From positions 33,039 to 97,038 of the IMG/VR virus record IMGVR_UViG_3300021963_006848: DNA of 64,000 nt, one strand, 5' to 3'. The translations under genes and the position numbers were made by a program. Every line of letters begins with the position of its first letter. Position 1 is the first letter of the stretch. The DNA comes from a virus. Positions 17,850 to 27,294 of this stretch are shown in pieces. The notes under the pieces were generated by a model that worked only from the letters and a program-made list of their open reading frames with translations, did no database searches and was not told where the DNA came from.

Positions 17850-19475
17850 TTACATCATACCGCCAAAGTCGTTTTTCTCTTCTTTATCTTTTTTGATATT
17901 AGAGATAACTGCTTCGGTTAGTAAGATTGTACCTGCTACCGATGCGGCGTTTTCTAGTGCTAAACGTGTAACCTTAGCCGGATCGATAATACCTTCGTCA
18001 AACATATTTACTACCTCTTCTGTGCGTGGATTATATCCTACCCATTTATCATTCTTATCGTTAATCTTTGTAATTACTTCTGAGATTTGCTCTAAGCTAT
18101 ACCCTGCATTTTGTAATATCTTTACAAATGGCTGACGGCAAGCTAACTTAACAAACTGGGCACCTAAGTCCTGAGAAGAATGGTTTGTAACTACCGGGTT
18201 TTCATCTAGGTACTTAGAAGCATTTAATAATGCAATTCCTCCTCCAGGTAAGATACCTTCTTCTAGAGCTGCTCGTGTAGCGTGCAAAGCATCGTCTACT
18301 CGGTCTTTCTTCTCTTTCATCTCTACTTCAGTATGACCACCTACATATACAATCGCTACTCCGCCAATAAACTTAGCTAAACGATCTTGTAGATTTTCTT
18401 TTTCGAATGGAGATTTAGCTTCGTCGATTTGAGTCTTTAATTCTTCTACTCGACCTGTAATGGCTGCATCTTCTCCTGAAGCATCAATAATTGTAGTAGT
18501 GTCTTTTCCTACCGTTACTTTCTTAGCTTTACCTAACCACTCAGGGTTAAACTTCTCTAACTTCATTGCTTTCTCTGAAGAGATTACCTGGCCACCTGTC
18601 AATATCGCAATATCTTCTAGAACTGCTTTTCTACGATCTCCAAATTCAGGAGCTTTAACAGCTACACATGATAAGATACCTCTCATCTTGTTAACTACTA
18701 ATGTAGATAATGCTTCTCCGTCAATATCATCAGCGATGATTAATAGAGATTTATTCTGCGAAGAACATGCTTCTAATACAGGGAGTAACTCTTTAACAGA
18801 GTTTAATCGCTTGTCTGTAATTAAGATCAACGGACTTTGAAGAACGGCTTGCATAGTGCTATTATCTGTTACAAAGTACGGGGACTTATAACCTCTGCCG
18901 AATTGCATACCTTCTACTGTTTCCAGATAGGTTTCTCCGGTACGTGATTCCTCGATTGTAACAACTCCATCTCTGCCAACTTTGTCCATGGCAGTGGAAA
19001 TCAACTCACCTACTTCGGTGTCGTTATTAGCTGAGATGGTAGCAACCTGTTTAAGCTGTCCTTCGTCCGTGATTTCTTTAGAGTAATTTTCTGTCAAGTA
19101 TTCAACTACTGCTGATACTGCTTTATCTACTCCTCTTTTAATTTCTACTACGTTATCTGAGTCGTCAATTGGTGAATTAGCAATAGCATAAGCTAACAAG
19201 GTAGATGTTGTTGTACCATCTCCTGCTTCGTCAGCAGTCTTAATCGATGCTTGCTTTACTAACTGCGCTCCAATGTTAGGAACTCTTTCCTCTAATTCAA
19301 TAGCTTTTGCTACTGTAACACCATCTTTTGTCGAAACAGGACTGCCCATTTCTTGTTCGATGATAACGTTACGTCCTGATGGACCTAATGTTGCTACAAC
19401 TGCATCTGCTAATTGTTTAACTCCTTGCAATAACTCTTCACGAGCTACTTTTGAATATGTTACTTTCTTTTCCAT
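17850..19475 (-). CDS. groEL: chaperonin GroEL
   Basis: TLGPSGRNV, TKDGVTVA, AGDGTTT, GIIDPAKV, GGMM tail. Confidence 0.97.
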   Translation of the reverse strand: MEKKVTYSKVAREELLQGVKQLADAVVATLGPSGRNVIIEQEMGSPVSTKDGVTVAKAIELEERVPNIGAQLVKQASIKTADEAGDGTTTSTLLAYAIANSPIDDSDNVVEIKRGVDKAVSAVVEYLTENYSKEITDEGQLKQVATISANNDTEVGELISTAMDKVGRDGVVTIEESRTGETYLETVEGMQFGRGYKSPYFVTDNSTMQAVLQSPLILITDKRLNSVKELLPVLEACSSQNKSLLIIADDIDGEALSTLVVNKMRGILSCVAVKAPEFGDRRKAVLEDIAILTGGQVISSEKAMKLEKFNPEWLGKAKKVTVGKDTTTIIDASGEDAAITGRVEELKTQIDEAKSPFEKENLQDRLAKFIGGVAIVYVGGHTEVEMKEKKDRVDDALHATRAALEEGILPGGGIALLNASKYLDENPVVTNHSSQDLGAQFVKLACRQPFVKILQNAGYSLEQISEVITKINDKNDKWVGYNPRTEEVVNMFDEGIIDPAKVTRLALENAASVAGTILLTEAVISNIKKDKEEKNDFGGMM

Positions 19476-19786
19476 TAGTTTACTAATTCTGTTTTTTCTT
19501 TTACTGTTGCTAAAATTTCTCTATCTTGTGTGATGTAGTATTCATCTCCTTCAAATTCGATACGGATTGTACCGATCTTAGGAACTAATACAATATCTCC
19601 TACTTTAGCATTAACTCGAATATAATGTCCAAATTCAGATTGACGTCCTGGTCCTATAGCTATTACTTGACCCATTTCTGGACGTTCTTTACCCATATCT
19701 GGAATTACGATATTACCATACATTTGCTCATCTTCCTCGATAGGTTTAATAAGCACACGGTCATTTTGAGGTTCTAATACTTTCAT
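19475..19786 (-). CDS. groES: co-chaperonin GroES
   Basis: P..DRVLI, IVIPD..KE.P..G.V.A.GPG. Confidence 0.95.
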   Translation of the reverse strand: MKVLEPQNDRVLIKPIEEDEQMYGNIVIPDMGKERPEMGQVIAIGPGRQSEFGHYIRVNAKVGDIVLVPKIGTIRIEFEGDEYYITQDREILATVKEKTELVN

Positions 19787-19813
19787 GATGTTTATAACTT
19801 GTTTATTAAATTT

Positions 19814-19844
19814 AATATACGAACTATTACTTTAAAATCAAACT
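19814..19844 (-). promoter_or_regulatory. Bacteroidota-type promoter for groES-groEL
   Basis: AGTTTG...TTCGTATATT, same 31-nt span. Confidence 0.7.
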
Positions 19845-19859
19845 CTAGGGCAGAGTTTT

Positions 19860-20267
19860 TTACTTAATTTTTAAAGTTTTTGGTTTAGCTTTTTCCGAAA
19901 TAGGGATAGCAATTTCTAACAAACCATTTTCAAGCTTAGCTTCTGCTTTACTTAGATCATACTTTGCTGAGATTTTGTATCCTAGATCGAAAGAACGTCT
20001 TGCTAGACCTCTATGTATTGTTCCGGGATGTAACGTATCATCTTCTTCCGGTTTTTTATAACTAATTTTGAGAATATCTTCTTCGATATTCACTTTTACA
20101 TCTTCCTTTGTAAGACCGGTACATGCGACTTCGAAGTGAAGTTTGTCGTCGGTGTAGAAAATGTTTAAGGGGTGTGGTTGTTTTGCCGTTGCGGCCGAGA
20201 GAAATCCACTTGTTGGGTGGAAAAAATTGTGAAATAAGATGTCGAATTCATTGAAATTTGTACTCAT
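19860..20267 (-). CDS. small heat shock protein (Hsp20/alpha-crystallin)
   Basis: P.NI, L.ISY, HRGLARRSF, A.LENGLL.I. Confidence 0.92.
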   Translation of the reverse strand: MSTNFNEFDILFHNFFHPTSGFLSAATAKQPHPLNIFYTDDKLHFEVACTGLTKEDVKVNIEEDILKISYKKPEEDDTLHPGTIHRGLARRSFDLGYKISAKYDLSKAEAKLENGLLEIAIPISEKAKPKTLKIK

Positions 20268-20357
20268 TTGATTTACAGTTTGTGAGGTCCTAAGATCCTC
20301 GGTTTAACATTTGGTTAATATAACTACTCGCCCTAGAGTCGATTTAATATAAATATC

Positions 20358-20720
20358 TTATGTCCAAAAAACCTGCACACCAATAATAGCGCATGCAAGT
20401 AAAAGACATACGAATGTTTTGGTTGTAACCGGTTCATTAAATAATGCATAACTCATTATATAAAAAACTATAATACCTATTCCAAACCCTATCAAACGGC
20501 TTGGCCAGATCTCTCCATTAAAAGCAGCTACAAATTTTTCTACTGATTTAATGAATAGAATAGAAATAGGAATTGATATTAATAAGACCCAAAATGGATA
20601 TTTAGCATACCACCCCCACTTTATATTTCCTTGGAGTTGTAGGAACGTTATGATTTGAGCCAACGTTCCATACAATGCTCCTTCTAGTAATAATTTATAC
20701 ATAATAATTTTAGTGCCCAT
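20358..20720 (-). CDS. small four-TM membrane protein (DMT-like)
   Basis: Four hydrophobic segments; start may be the downstream Met (MYKLLL). Confidence 0.6.
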   Translation of the reverse strand: MGTKIIMYKLLLEGALYGTLAQIITFLQLQGNIKWGWYAKYPFWVLLISIPISILFIKSVEKFVAAFNGEIWPSRLIGFGIGIIVFYIMSYALFNEPVTTKTFVCLLLACAIIGVQVFWT

Positions 20721-23025
20721 CTCTCCAGTTATCAGAAATCTCTGGTGGTGCTTTTAGGGTTACACCCGGAAGAACTGTTGTAGTCTCCATGATGTTTCGT
20801 ACTATAGGCGCAAACATCTCTGCGTCTTTTTCCGATACGTTTATAATTAACTGGTCATGTACTTGAGCTTGCACTCTAGCATCAATGCCTAGTTCTTTTG
20901 CTTTACGGTTAATTTGAACTGCTGCTCGGTTTACTACCGCAGCTGCTAATGACTGTAATTGAAAGTTAAGACAGTTATTAAGGCCGTTTCGATAGTCTCT
21001 ATAAAGAGCCATCACATCATCTTTACCGTACTGAGTTGCTAGTTCATTTCTAAACTTCCAATCCATAATCTTTTCTCCGTATCTATCGTAAATTCGTTTT
21101 ACTTTAGGTAAGTGACGAATACGCCCTACGTAGTTAGTAATAAATCCATGCTCTTTAACTTGCTTTCTAGAGTTCTCTCTCCAAGACTTTAACTCAGGGA
21201 AACCATCTAGATAACCTTGTACGAGTTTCTCAGCTTCTTTTTGAGGGATACCTAAAGTCATACCTAATGCATAAGCCTCCATACCGTAAGCAATTCCTAA
21301 CGAGTAAGCCTTAGCTTGATTACGTTTAACAGGGTCAAGTTTCTTAAGATAGTTAGGAGCTTTCTTATCTGGAGATACGCCTTCTAGTTTTTCAGTCTGA
21401 ATAGCAACAGTAGAATAGAAGTCCCAACCATTATTAAAGATCTCTTGTAGTTTAATATCACCAGCTACAGAAGCAAAACAGTGAGGTTCTAGAGACTCGT
21501 AATCGGCGTCAATTACCTTACGTCCTTCACCAGCAATCAAAAATGCACGAACTATATTAGTATACTTTACAATAATAGGAGCATCTTCCCCCTCTTCTTT
21601 CGGTTTAGGTAATTGTTGAGCATCTGAACCGTAACGTCCGGATACTGTACCGTTCTGCTTGAAGTAGAAATAATAACGTCCGTCTTCTGAGCCGTCAATA
21701 AAGCGGTCAATGTAGGTAGATTTAATCTTTAGAAGCTTATTATAGATTCGTAAGTTTTCTGCCCAAGTATATTCTTTAGATAAGTCCTCTAACATCTCCA
21801 TATCAAATTGATCAGTTCCTTTAGTAGTCTTAGACTTAGCTTTGATACCCATATACTTGAATACAATCTCACCTAGGTGTTTTTTAGATTGAATGTTAAT
21901 ATACTCACCGTCGTTAGTTTCTTTCCACATCGCCATTGAAATACGAGCAACCTCTAATGGATCTAGCAATTTAACATCCCCGGTAAGTAAGAATTCTTTA
22001 TAGATAGAATCTTCTAGTTCAGAAACAGTCTTATTAGTAATAGAGTATTTACCAGTCTTCTCAGATCGAGGTAAAGGTAGAGAGTACCTTTTACATAACT
22101 CTTGAGCCCAGTTACCTTTATTAGTAGGAGGGTAGTTACTAAATGCAGTATCCATTACCCAATTCTTACCATCATCGGTAGCTAATAGACTCTTCATTAC
22201 GATCTTCTTATTTTCAATAAGATCTGCCTGTATCTCACTGTGAACTTGACGTAATAAATCCATATCAAGATCAACGCCATACTCTTCCATCGGAACAGTA
22301 ACTTCACGGTAGATAGGCATAACCTCTTCTTCAAAGAAGAACTTTTCTAGATTCTCTTGTTTTAGTTTATCTAAGTATAGGTTGCAAATACGTAACGTTA
22401 AATCGGTATCGGCAGCAGCATACTTAGATAGTATCTCCATATCGGCTTTGTAGATCTCGTAGTTTTCTTTCGTAACAGATCCTCCGTTAGCTTTTATAGA
22501 TTCTTTAAGTTCTATCTGCTCTTTGTTGGCTGCTTCTTCTACATCTAAACCTAATGCTTTCTGATTCATAATAGCAATTGATTTCAATCCAAATGGATTA
22601 CCAAAACCAAAAGCTCCATCTTCTTGAACCGTATGAACAAGTAACCCAGTATCTACCCAAAGATCTTCTAACAGGTCAATACCGTAATAGTTTTTTACAA
22701 ATCGAGTATCGAAAGAGGCGTTATGCATTACAAGCTTTTTACCTTTTAACATTGGTAGTAGCTTCTTAGTAATAGCATGAGCTCCTCTACCACCGATTAG
22801 ACATTCCTCTAACTGCTGTGTAGTAGCGTTCCACATTTGAGTAGGTAGGTAAAAACCTATACCTTCATCTCCGGATACTGACCAACCTACTATGCTACCT
22901 TTTCGCATATTAAGAGAGTCAGTCTCGGTATCGAATGCTATAACTTCAGAAGCATTAATATGTTCGATCAGTAGGTCTACTAATTCAATAGAGTCTACGG
23001 TGTAGTATTTTTTTTCTATATTCAT
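20710..23025 (-). CDS. polA: DNA polymerase family A (3'-5' exonuclease plus polymerase, no 5' nuclease)
   Basis: Exo motifs DTET, HNASFD, YAAAD; TVSGR; motif A DYESLE, motif B KAYSLGIAYG, motif C VHDQL. Confidence 0.93.
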   Translation of the reverse strand: MNIEKKYYTVDSIELVDLLIEHINASEVIAFDTETDSLNMRKGSIVGWSVSGDEGIGFYLPTQMWNATTQQLEECLIGGRGAHAITKKLLPMLKGKKLVMHNASFDTRFVKNYYGIDLLEDLWVDTGLLVHTVQEDGAFGFGNPFGLKSIAIMNQKALGLDVEEAANKEQIELKESIKANGGSVTKENYEIYKADMEILSKYAAADTDLTLRICNLYLDKLKQENLEKFFFEEEVMPIYREVTVPMEEYGVDLDMDLLRQVHSEIQADLIENKKIVMKSLLATDDGKNWVMDTAFSNYPPTNKGNWAQELCKRYSLPLPRSEKTGKYSITNKTVSELEDSIYKEFLLTGDVKLLDPLEVARISMAMWKETNDGEYINIQSKKHLGEIVFKYMGIKAKSKTTKGTDQFDMEMLEDLSKEYTWAENLRIYNKLLKIKSTYIDRFIDGSEDGRYYFYFKQNGTVSGRYGSDAQQLPKPKEEGEDAPIIVKYTNIVRAFLIAGEGRKVIDADYESLEPHCFASVAGDIKLQEIFNNGWDFYSTVAIQTEKLEGVSPDKKAPNYLKKLDPVKRNQAKAYSLGIAYGMEAYALGMTLGIPQKEAEKLVQGYLDGFPELKSWRENSRKQVKEHGFITNYVGRIRHLPKVKRIYDRYGEKIMDWKFRNELATQYGKDDVMALYRDYRNGLNNCLNFQLQSLAAAVVNRAAVQINRKAKELGIDARVQAQVHDQLIINVSEKDAEMFAPIVRNIMETTTVLPGVTLKAPPEISDNWRDGH

Positions 23026-23489
23026 TATGCAAATTTTTCGATTAAAGGATTCTTATCTACTGGTAACCATACTCCAATGCTGCCATCTTTTAAATGAGAC
23101 GTCTTAATACTACGATCTTTTAATCGTTTATCAATGTAACCTCTCATCTCGTTGACGCTATAAAAGTATATATTCTTAGTATATACACTGTAGCAAAATA
23201 TCCAATCAGACTTAGTTGTATTAAACCAACCTAACTTACCGGTGCCTTTATAAAGCTCCATAAACGTAAGTCCTGATTCACCGATATTAGCCTTTGCATC
23301 ACCTCTATCCCAGGTGTTAGTCTTTCGATTAAAAAATTCGAAATCTAAACCTTTTTGTTGATAGCCTTTGAATGCAGAGTAATCGGTTAGGTCTTTTACT
23401 TCTGTAATCTGACTTAGAGCTTGAATAACTGCGTATTCCCCTACTCTACCCTTCTCTAACTTTAATTGAAAATCTTCTTTTGTAGCCAT
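23025..23489 (-). CDS. PD-(D/E)XK-like protein; start revised to MATKEDF
   Basis: G..GE, G.D, DAK, E, GW...KSD motifs; promoter at 23515-23545 lies inside the longer ORF call. Confidence 0.55.
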   Translation of the reverse strand: MATKEDFQLKLEKGRVGEYAVIQALSQITEVKDLTDYSAFKGYQQKGLDFEFFNRKTNTWDRGDAKANIGESGLTFMELYKGTGKLGWFNTTKSDWIFCYSVYTKNIYFYSVNEMRGYIDKRLKDRSIKTSHLKDGSIGVWLPVDKNPLIEKFA

Positions 23490-23514
23490 ATTATAACCTT
23501 TATTATTATACCTT

Positions 23515-23545
23515 AATGTACGAAAAAAAAGGGGAAGTTCCAACT
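23515..23545 (-). promoter_or_regulatory. Bacteroidota-type promoter
   Basis: AGTTG-N16-TTCGTACATT. Confidence 0.75.
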
Positions 23546-23559
23546 GCTTCCCCTATTAT

Positions 23560-23823
23560 TTAATACTCTCCGTAAAGATCAAATTTCTCTGGTTCCGGAG
23601 GGGTAACTGTGATTTCCTGCTCACGGATTGCATAAAGCTTTCCGGCAAGTGGATCTAATCTATATGCTCCTTTAAACTTAGTCTTACGTAGGTAGGTTGT
23701 CAATGTTGGAACCAACCCTTCTATAACAACTCCTAAATCTATGTTCAGCTCCCAGTTATCACCAGGAGGAACACGGGTAGCAATATGCTCTGTGAATTCT
23801 TGTTTAATTACTTCTGTTGCCAT
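23560..23823 (-). CDS. hypothetical protein
   Basis: 87-aa ORF coupled to the queF stop. Confidence 0.7.
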   Translation of the reverse strand: MATEVIKQEFTEHIATRVPPGDNWELNIDLGVVIEGLVPTLTTYLRKTKFKGAYRLDPLAGKLYAIREQEITVTPPEPEKFDLYGEY

Positions 23824-24737
23824 TATTGACGTAACGTTTTAGCGATAGTGTATTCTGGTTCTGTAAAGAAATCTGGGATGTAGCTCTGATGAGTAGCTCG
23901 GATAGGGTTAATATCTAAACCTCCTCTACGGGTGTATAAACATGCTACCATTAACTGCTCTGGTTTATATGCATCAGTTAAATGCTTGAATACCATTTCA
24001 CAAATCTCTTCATGGAAGTGGGATACAGTTCTATGAGATACAATATACTTTGCTAAAGACTCAGGAGAAGGCATATTCGTACCTTCCATACGGATGTAAA
24101 CATCGCCCCAGTCTGGTTGATTTGTTACTCTACAGTTTGAACGTAATAAGTTAGACTTATACCGTACTTCTGCTGTTCCTACTTCTGCAACGAATTTAGT
24201 TTCTAACTGACTAGCATCAGATTTAAAGGAAGTAAAATCTACTTGATCTAAATCAGCTGCATCAGCTAAATCTACATAACCTTCGAATGTAATTGGATTA
24301 GCTTCTTCTATCGTTGAATAGAAACTAACTGTAGTAGTGGTATTTAGTAACTCATCTAAATCTCTCTTTACCCTAGCTTCAATACCTGCAATACAATCTG
24401 CTGCTGTTTCTCCGATACGAGTCATATTAAATGAGTTTAGGTATAGTTTAATAGATTTAGACTCTACGTGAAACTCTGAAGAAGCAGGGCATACAATCTT
24501 CAACATACCTGCTACAGGCTGTCCTTTAGTTGTAATGGCTGAAACCTCATATGCATTCCATGTATCTACTCCTACGAATTCTTTACCAGATAACTCATAA
24601 GCTTCTCGATTTAAGTATCGAGGAATCTTTACTAACAATTCCGGATCATAGGTATCTTTATAACCTTCACCACCGACTTTACCTAAATGCTTACCGGCAA
24701 TGGCTACTACTGCTTCTTGATTTTTTTCGTTTGACAT
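23823..24737 (-). CDS. queF: NADPH-dependent preQ0 reductase, bimodular type
   Basis: WNAYEVS, VESKSIKLYLNSF, SNCRVTNQPDWG, FHEEICE, YTRRGGLDINP. Confidence 0.95.
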   Translation of the reverse strand: MSNEKNQEAVVAIAGKHLGKVGGEGYKDTYDPELLVKIPRYLNREAYELSGKEFVGVDTWNAYEVSAITTKGQPVAGMLKIVCPASSEFHVESKSIKLYLNSFNMTRIGETAADCIAGIEARVKRDLDELLNTTTTVSFYSTIEEANPITFEGYVDLADAADLDQVDFTSFKSDASQLETKFVAEVGTAEVRYKSNLLRSNCRVTNQPDWGDVYIRMEGTNMPSPESLAKYIVSHRTVSHFHEEICEMVFKHLTDAYKPEQLMVACLYTRRGGLDINPIRATHQSYIPDFFTEPEYTIAKTLRQ

Positions 24738-24738
24738 A

Positions 24739-25257
24739 TTATTTTATAAAATTTAAAATTTGATCTACTCTTTGCATAGGTGAACCAGTTATAGTTAAGT
24801 AAGGTTGTCTAACTGTTTCTAATTCTGATTTAAAACGTTCATCTATCTTCTTTCTCCACTCTTCATTAACACTTCTCACTCCATCATCTACTGATTCGAA
24901 TTCAATAGGAAAATAAACATAATGTGTGTATTCTCCTTTGATTCTATTCCAAGTATCTTGAATAAAGTCATGAGTACCTCTATCTATACCATCCATGAAA
25001 CAAGTATAAACTAAAACGTCCATATAGCATCTATCTAAGACTAAGTTATAAGGCTTAAGTAAAGCTTCTAAGTGAAAAGAACTAATAGCTAACTGAGTAG
25101 CATCACTGCCATACTCGTTAATAGGAAAACCATAACTTGCTACAGTTCGAGTAGATTCATTTATAAACTCATACTTAGGTAATTTATTCTTAAGAAGCTC
25201 ATATACCGTAGTCTTACCTGTGCTACTTGCTCCTACTAATGCTATTCTTTTTATCAT
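24739..25257 (-). CDS. P-loop nucleotide kinase (AAA_28/dNMP-kinase-like)
   Basis: GASSTGKTT, LDR, DDGVR. Confidence 0.75.
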   Translation of the reverse strand: MIKRIALVGASSTGKTTVYELLKNKLPKYEFINESTRTVASYGFPINEYGSDATQLAISSFHLEALLKPYNLVLDRCYMDVLVYTCFMDGIDRGTHDFIQDTWNRIKGEYTHYVYFPIEFESVDDGVRSVNEEWRKKIDERFKSELETVRQPYLTITGSPMQRVDQILNFIK

Positions 25258-25820
25258 GACAAAACTACTTTTAAAAACTTATACCACATATACAATGCCT
25301 TATCTCTTAATGTAAGATAAAAAGCTCGTTCATCCAACCCTTCTTGTAAAAATTCTTCATAATCTATAACCTCTCCTTCGTCAACTCCAGCAGTTACTTT
25401 ATGTAAAACTGCTCCTGCAGTTACATACTGCTTATACGATCTTTCTTGAGGATCTTTACCTTTTAATTCTGGATACTTTGTAATTAGTCCTGGGTGTCCG
25501 TTAAAGATTCTATATCTATCACAAATCTCAGGAGGCATTACTCTCAACCACCCGTGCAAGGTAACTACTAGTTTCTCAGGAGGAGCTAAATGACTAAATA
25601 GGTACTCGTAATCCTGTAATGTAGGTTTATTCGGAGTTACATAGAAAAAAGGTAATTTTAGTATCCTCTCATCTACCTTACGTAAATGTTCTGGTCTTTC
25701 ATTAGTTACAATCAAATTAGGCCATCTACCTAATTTCTCAGACAATGCTACTATCTCAGAACCTGTTTGAGAGAAGAAAGCTACCCACTGATTGCTAGTA
25801 TTTGGTTGATCCGTTTGCAA
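25254..25820 (-). CDS. PurN-like formyltransferase, candidate preQ1 formyltransferase (DpdN-like)
   Basis: FSQTGS, LHGWLRV, NGHPGL, LKG.DP, HKV..GVDEG. Confidence 0.8.
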   Translation of the reverse strand: MQTDQPNTSNQWVAFFSQTGSEIVALSEKLGRWPNLIVTNERPEHLRKVDERILKLPFFYVTPNKPTLQDYEYLFSHLAPPEKLVVTLHGWLRVMPPEICDRYRIFNGHPGLITKYPELKGKDPQERSYKQYVTAGAVLHKVTAGVDEGEVIDYEEFLQEGLDERAFYLTLRDKALYMWYKFLKVVLS

Positions 25821-26598
25821 ATTGTCTAAATCTTTGAATGTTAAATAATACCTTACTTACGTCTTCTACATTAGCATTAATCATCTCAAATAATTTTTGA
25901 GACTCTTTATCCCATAAACCTTCTTCTTTATACTCAATCCCTTTAATACCATGAACTACCGGGTTAGACGTATCTAGTGAATAAATCCAGTCGTAATTTG
26001 CATGCTTATAGAATGCAAACTCTTGAGGTAATCCACATCCAAGTAAATGGTGAGGTTTATCTACATTAATAACACCGTCTTTGAGTAGATCTCCAAGTAA
26101 CTTCACACGTCCTAACATCCAGCTAACATACTTATTAGGATGTGGTACTGATTGTGTATAATACGAGTAGTCAAAAGATATAGCTATCATATCTACGTTA
26201 GCTACCTTATCCATATGTTGATAACATTCAACTATCTGCTTATATGTTCTTCCTTGAACTACCCCTATCTTTTTATTTTTAATTTCCGAGTACTTACTAT
26301 TCCACATATCCATAGAAGCCATAGTTTTAACACTATCTTCTAATACGTCTGGCACTATATACCAAGTAGGGTTTAGTTTCTTAATCCACCATGCAAATTC
26401 TTCTGAATCAAATGCATTTCCTAATTCAAAAATAGAATTATCTAGAATTACCTCTCTACCTTTCTCAATAGCATCATAAAATAAGTCATAGTACTCATAA
26501 TCTTCTGCAAATAAATGCACTAAAGCATAATCGTAGTCTGTATACTGTTGAACAGTTTCAAAAATACTTTTTGGAGATTCGTGAGCTATCTTAATCAT
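25795..26598 (-). CDS. TGT/DpdA-like TIM-barrel protein
   Basis: ILDNS.FE, VPD, VVQG, HLLG, SLDTS parallel DpdA/TGT motifs; sits in the que cluster. Confidence 0.7.
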   Translation of the reverse strand: MIKIAHESPKSIFETVQQYTDYDYALVHLFAEDYEYYDLFYDAIEKGREVILDNSIFELGNAFDSEEFAWWIKKLNPTWYIVPDVLEDSVKTMASMDMWNSKYSEIKNKKIGVVQGRTYKQIVECYQHMDKVANVDMIAISFDYSYYTQSVPHPNKYVSWMLGRVKLLGDLLKDGVINVDKPHHLLGCGLPQEFAFYKHANYDWIYSLDTSNPVVHGIKGIEYKEEGLWDKESQKLFEMINANVEDVSKVLFNIQRFRQFANGSTKY

Positions 26599-26785
26599 TT
26601 GTTATATCGTTTAGAGTTTTTTGAACATCTTGCAATTGCTCTGCTAACTTGTCAAGTAAATCATCTGCTTGCTTTGTTAGGTCAACATTATTTAACAGAG
26701 AAATAACTGCCGATAAGGGCACCATTTCAGTCTGGTATGCTTGTACATAGACAGCATGCTTTTTTATATCTTCTATTAACGACAT
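26591..26785 (-). CDS. hypothetical protein
   Basis: 64-aa ORF coupled to both neighbours. Confidence 0.65.
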   Translation of the reverse strand: MSLIEDIKKHAVYVQAYQTEMVPLSAVISLLNNVDLTKQADDLLDKLAEQLQDVQKTLNDITND

Positions 26786-27255
26786 TAGAAAAACTTTTTT
26801 AGATTTGGTTTAAAATAATTTACCGACTTCATTACCTTTCTATCTCTAGTTCGGTATACAATATAGAAGTCTCCTACCTTCTCGTAATGACAAGGCTCTC
26901 CTTGCTGCTCAGAGCGTATATTAACAGTCTCGATAGCCTCTTCTTCTGACTTACAAGCTTTAGACATATTAGATGCTTGAACTTCCGCATAAGCGTCATT
27001 AAACTTATCTTTAAGTCCGTGTAACATTACACCATTACCTAACGATACGTAAGTAATATCACATAAAGCATCTAATACTTCTACAATATCACCTTTCTCA
27101 CATGCTTCTTTATACTCTTCTAGTTCTTCTAGAATAAAGTTATATACAAATTCCCACTCTTTACGTTCAGGTATAACTGGGGTATAGTTATTTGGTTTAC
27201 CGAAGGTAGCGTTAAACAGCTCTACTTCGTTCACAAAAGGTACGTTATTTTTCAT
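26785..27255 (-). CDS. MazG-like nucleoside triphosphate pyrophosphohydrolase
   Basis: EELEE...EVLDALCDITYV...V.ASNMSK. Confidence 0.85.
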   Translation of the reverse strand: MKNNVPFVNEVELFNATFGKPNNYTPVIPERKEWEFVYNFILEELEEYKEACEKGDIVEVLDALCDITYVSLGNGVMLHGLKDKFNDAYAEVQASNMSKACKSEEEAIETVNIRSEQQGEPCHYEKVGDFYIVYRTRDRKVMKSVNYFKPNLKKFF

Positions 27256-27261
27256 ATACTT

Positions 27262-27292
27262 AATTTACGAAATTAATCAATAGGAAGCAACT
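27262..27292 (-). promoter_or_regulatory. Bacteroidota-type promoter
   Basis: AGTTG-N16-TTCGTAAATT. Confidence 0.75.
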
Positions 27293-27294
27293 TA

